From: a virus
Lineage: Duplodnaviria; Caudoviricetes
DNA length: 64,000 nucleotides
Virus record (IMG/VR): IMGVR_UViG_3300049988_000245
Span: 192,001 to 256,000 of that record
Reading direction: 5' to 3' (one strand)
The notes under the pieces were generated by a model. That model searched no databases, was not told the origin of the DNA, and saw nothing but the letters and a program-made list of their open reading frames with translations. Position numbers and translations under genes: made by a program. This document shows, one piece after another, positions 61,336 through 64,000 of this stretch. Positions within the stretch are counted from its first letter, which is position 1; the number at the start of each line of letters is the position of its first letter.

Positions 61336-64000
61336 ATGGCTACGTACGACCCGTCGAATGCTGTGGTTCAGGCTGTGGCGCTCAATGGAAATAATATTTC
61401 ATTGACGGCGACCTCCGTGTCTGCGGCAACGCAGTCCGTCAAAAACACCACGGCGAACGTGATTCTACCTTATACGACCACGGTGGTGTCGGACGAGGAG
61501 TTGCGAATCTCCCAGCAGTATGACGTAGAGGTTCCGGATCGGGCGTCTCTTATCCTCAAAGCAGCGGATAAAACCTACAATATTGGTCAGCGTATTCTTG
61601 TTCGAAACGATGAGCGCCTGAATGGTTTCTGGTCTATTTGGGTCTACGCGCCCGATGCCGAGACGGCGGATTCAAACGGCCTCGTGTTTGAGGATGTGCA
61701 GACCTTTCGGACCTCGGACTTCTTCGACGTAGTTGATTGGTATGCGGAAGGTTACAGCGCGGCCCAGCCGCCAGCATTGTCTTATCAGACCGTAGAATCT
61801 CGAAATCTTAGTGAAGGACCAAACCCGGTTAACACGTGGGTGCAAGTCAACGACGACGCTGGTGCCTGGGCTTGGTATGCGTTTGAGAACGGCGCTTGGA
61901 TTCTTGTCGCGCGCGAAAAAAGTACAATTCAGTTCAAGAAAGATTTCTATGATCCAGACCGCGTTGTATACGGGGTCGAAACACGTGATGTCTCAACGAT
62001 TAACAACCGAGACGGCTCTTGGGAGCTTCGTGCACTATTCAATGCACTAAAGACGACCGTGCTGAGTACGTCGCAGATCAACGAGTTGTTCTTCTCGATG
62101 CTGCACTTCATCCACTCGCAGCAGGATCAGGTCGATTGGGCGTTCAAGACCAGCTTCCTGTCGGTGATCGGCTACAACGAACACCTCGCACAGACGCCGA
62201 TCCAGGCTTACGACACGACTCAGAACCTGCTCGACTACATCGACGAGGTCAAGCCGTACCGGGTGAAGACGCGTGACTTCAAGCGCATTCTGACGCCTCC
62301 AACGGATCAGCTAAATGCCCACGCTACGGACTTCGATCGCCCGCAGTACCTTGATCCAGCAACGAACGCATATCGTCGTCTTTCTTTCCTAAATCAAGAC
62401 CTGCCGCTAGTACGAAGCACCTCTCCGTGGAAGGACTGGTTTGCCAACTATACAAAGACGGATCACGACAACCCGGCCTCGACCAATTTCAACCCGGTTC
62501 GAAATTTCCGGATTAAGATTCTTTTCGATCGTATCGACCCTGAGTCGATCCCGTTCAATTCAGGCGGCGGCTGGGATATCCCGCCGTGGGATGTGCTCGG
62601 CTGGGATGGCGACGAAAGCAATTTTGAGACTGGCGGTGGTGCCCAGGCACGTATTCTGGCCTATTATGAGCCAACCCTCGGGATGATCGGGAAAGAGCCC
62701 GAGGAACTTATGGCGGGCATGGGATTCCGTGGCGTGTCCACGGATGGTCTAGACCTACTTGTATATCCGGACGATGCTAGTGAATGGGATGTTCGCCCGT
62801 ACGATACGGTCGGCACGGACCTTCGAATTACAAAGGATAAGGACAATACAATCGACGGCTACCAAGGCTCTAAAATCGAAGTCACGATGAATGATGACTC
62901 CGAATATTATGGCCTGCGCGATCCTTATCACGAGAAGGGTCATCCGGAAGAATTAATCCCCGTCCAAGGAAACGAGGCAGTCACCTTAGTCGTCCACACG
63001 GAATGGTCTATTGGTGCACCCAACCACTTTGTCACCCATCTTGCGACGAAGAAGGTTCGCCGCAACACTGTTCGGATTCCATTCCATGGAATTGCCTCTA
63101 CTGCCTCGGCCGTGATGGTTTTCATCGACGGGCGCTGCGGAGTCGAAGGCCCGGACTACTCGGTAAATCTCTCCGATGGGTACGTGGATGTGGTTCTCCC
63201 TCGTCAGCGTCCAGAATACGTCATGGTGCACGCGTTTGGCGCGGGCGGTAACGCTCGGATCATCGAGCAGGTTTTTACCCAGGCGGACGGTTTGACGGGG
63301 ACGTACGAACTCGCCAGAGACCCCGTAGGATCGGTAGAATTGACCCTGGACGGCAAAGTCCTCGATCGCGGGCAGTTCGACGTGTCCGGGCGTGCCGTGA
63401 CGCTCCACGAGCTTCCTGCGAAGGGCGTGCCTGTTCTGATTCTTTCGTTCGACGCACCGGTCGGTCAAACCCCGGCAACCCATGTCATCCATGAGGTGCT
63501 GGCATACGATCCGGGCCAGTCCTGGGCTCTTGCCCATCTTACCCAAGTGGGCAGTCCAGTCGATCACATGGGAACGATCGTCAATGTGGACGGATACCGA
63601 CTGGCGCCACCGATCACCAGCCAAAATATCATCGTATCTCAGCGTCAGTTCGTAAGTTTCCACCTGATAAGCGACGTGCAGAATCTTTCAATTTGGCTTG
63701 ACGGTGTTCCGTATAATCAGACGATCACCACGATCGATCGTTCAGTTCTTGATCCACAGGATACCACACTTCCTGTCGGTATCTATGTGGTGGACGACGA
63801 ATTGTTCGTAAACGATCCGGATGCGGTGGGAAAGATTATGCTTTCCGTACTGTTTGAGAATCATGACTACGAGATCGTCAATAGCATTTTGCAGATCACA
63901 AAGCCGCTTAAATCAACGGCAAGGATCGTGACAACATCTTTCCAGAATGCCGAGTATATGGGTGTTGAGACGTACGTTTTCTCGGGTAACGGTCGAGGAA
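61336..64000 (+). CDS. giant baseplate/virion protein, second part (partial; runs off window; missing from ORF track)
   Basis: GGAG RBS, ATG 61336; I translated frame +1 to the end with no stop (888 codons); VVDWYAEGY, QVDWAFKTSFL, LLDYIDEVKPYRVKTRDF. Confidence 0.85.
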   Translation, partial: MATYDPSNAVVQAVALNGNNISLTATSVSAATQSVKNTTANVILPYTTTVVSDEELRISQQYDVEVPDRASLILKAADKTYNIGQRILVRNDERLNGFWSIWVYAPDAETADSNGLVFEDVQTFRTSDFFDVVDWYAEGYSAAQPPALSYQTVESRNLSEGPNPVNTWVQVNDDAGAWAWYAFENGAWILVAREKSTIQFKKDFYDPDRVVYGVETRDVSTINNRDGSWELRALFNALKTTVLSTSQINELFFSMLHFIHSQQDQVDWAFKTSFLSVIGYNEHLAQTPIQAYDTTQNLLDYIDEVKPYRVKTRDFKRILTPPTDQLNAHATDFDRPQYLDPATNAYRRLSFLNQDLPLVRSTSPWKDWFANYTKTDHDNPASTNFNPVRNFRIKILFDRIDPESIPFNSGGGWDIPPWDVLGWDGDESNFETGGGAQARILAYYEPTLGMIGKEPEELMAGMGFRGVSTDGLDLLVYPDDASEWDVRPYDTVGTDLRITKDKDNTIDGYQGSKIEVTMNDDSEYYGLRDPYHEKGHPEELIPVQGNEAVTLVVHTEWSIGAPNHFVTHLATKKVRRNTVRIPFHGIASTASAVMVFIDGRCGVEGPDYSVNLSDGYVDVVLPRQRPEYVMVHAFGAGGNARIIEQVFTQADGLTGTYELARDPVGSVELTLDGKVLDRGQFDVSGRAVTLHELPAKGVPVLILSFDAPVGQTPATHVIHEVLAYDPGQSWALAHLTQVGSPVDHMGTIVNVDGYRLAPPITSQNIIVSQRQFVSFHLISDVQNLSIWLDGVPYNQTITTIDRSVLDPQDTTLPVGIYVVDDELFVNDPDAVGKIMLSVLFENHDYEIVNSILQITKPLKSTARIVTTSFQNAEYMGVETYVFSGNGRG

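Noticed and set aside
1-64000. Stop-codon reassignment (common in some jumbo phages)
   Set aside because: Multi-kb ORFs are intact in code 11, and TGA, TAA and TAG all terminate genes, often in ATGA/TGATG couplings. The 44544 TGA is a single local case.

Overview
64-kb segment of a large (jumbo-type) myophage genome, standard genetic code, GC-rich, with no CRISPR array, rRNA or IS element. The gene set resembles Rak2/GAP32/Atu_ph07-type jumbo phages and the host is probably alphaproteobacterial; both are inferences from protein motifs, not database hits. Virion modules: tail-fibre/lectin cluster at 14.4-18.5 kb, Ig-domain protein, collagen + beta-helix tailspike, and a gp25/gp6-like/giant baseplate block from 47.4 kb to the window end. 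These alternate with dense accessory islands containing rIIA, a CCA-adding enzyme, a three-PAS orphan sensor, a MazG-like protein, a DnaE fragment, tRNA-Glu(TTC), NAMPT + NMNAT-Nudix NAD salvage, a macro domain, a 2H phosphoesterase, WGR, and two free-standing endonucleases. Two promoter classes are visible: sigma70-like TTGAC-N16-TAYATT (some apparently leaderless) and T4-late-like TAAATA. Most striking observations: (i) about 20-22 dispersed small paralogues sharing a W-C-x4-G helix and a C-terminal D-A-x-x-F-K-L-R-W motif, including a 21-codon motif-only ORF in frame behind the macro-domain stop; (ii) a giant baseplate gene that appears split by an Ig-like repeat array, a terminator and a palindrome-embedded late promoter; (iii) a membrane-anchor/PAS-only operon.
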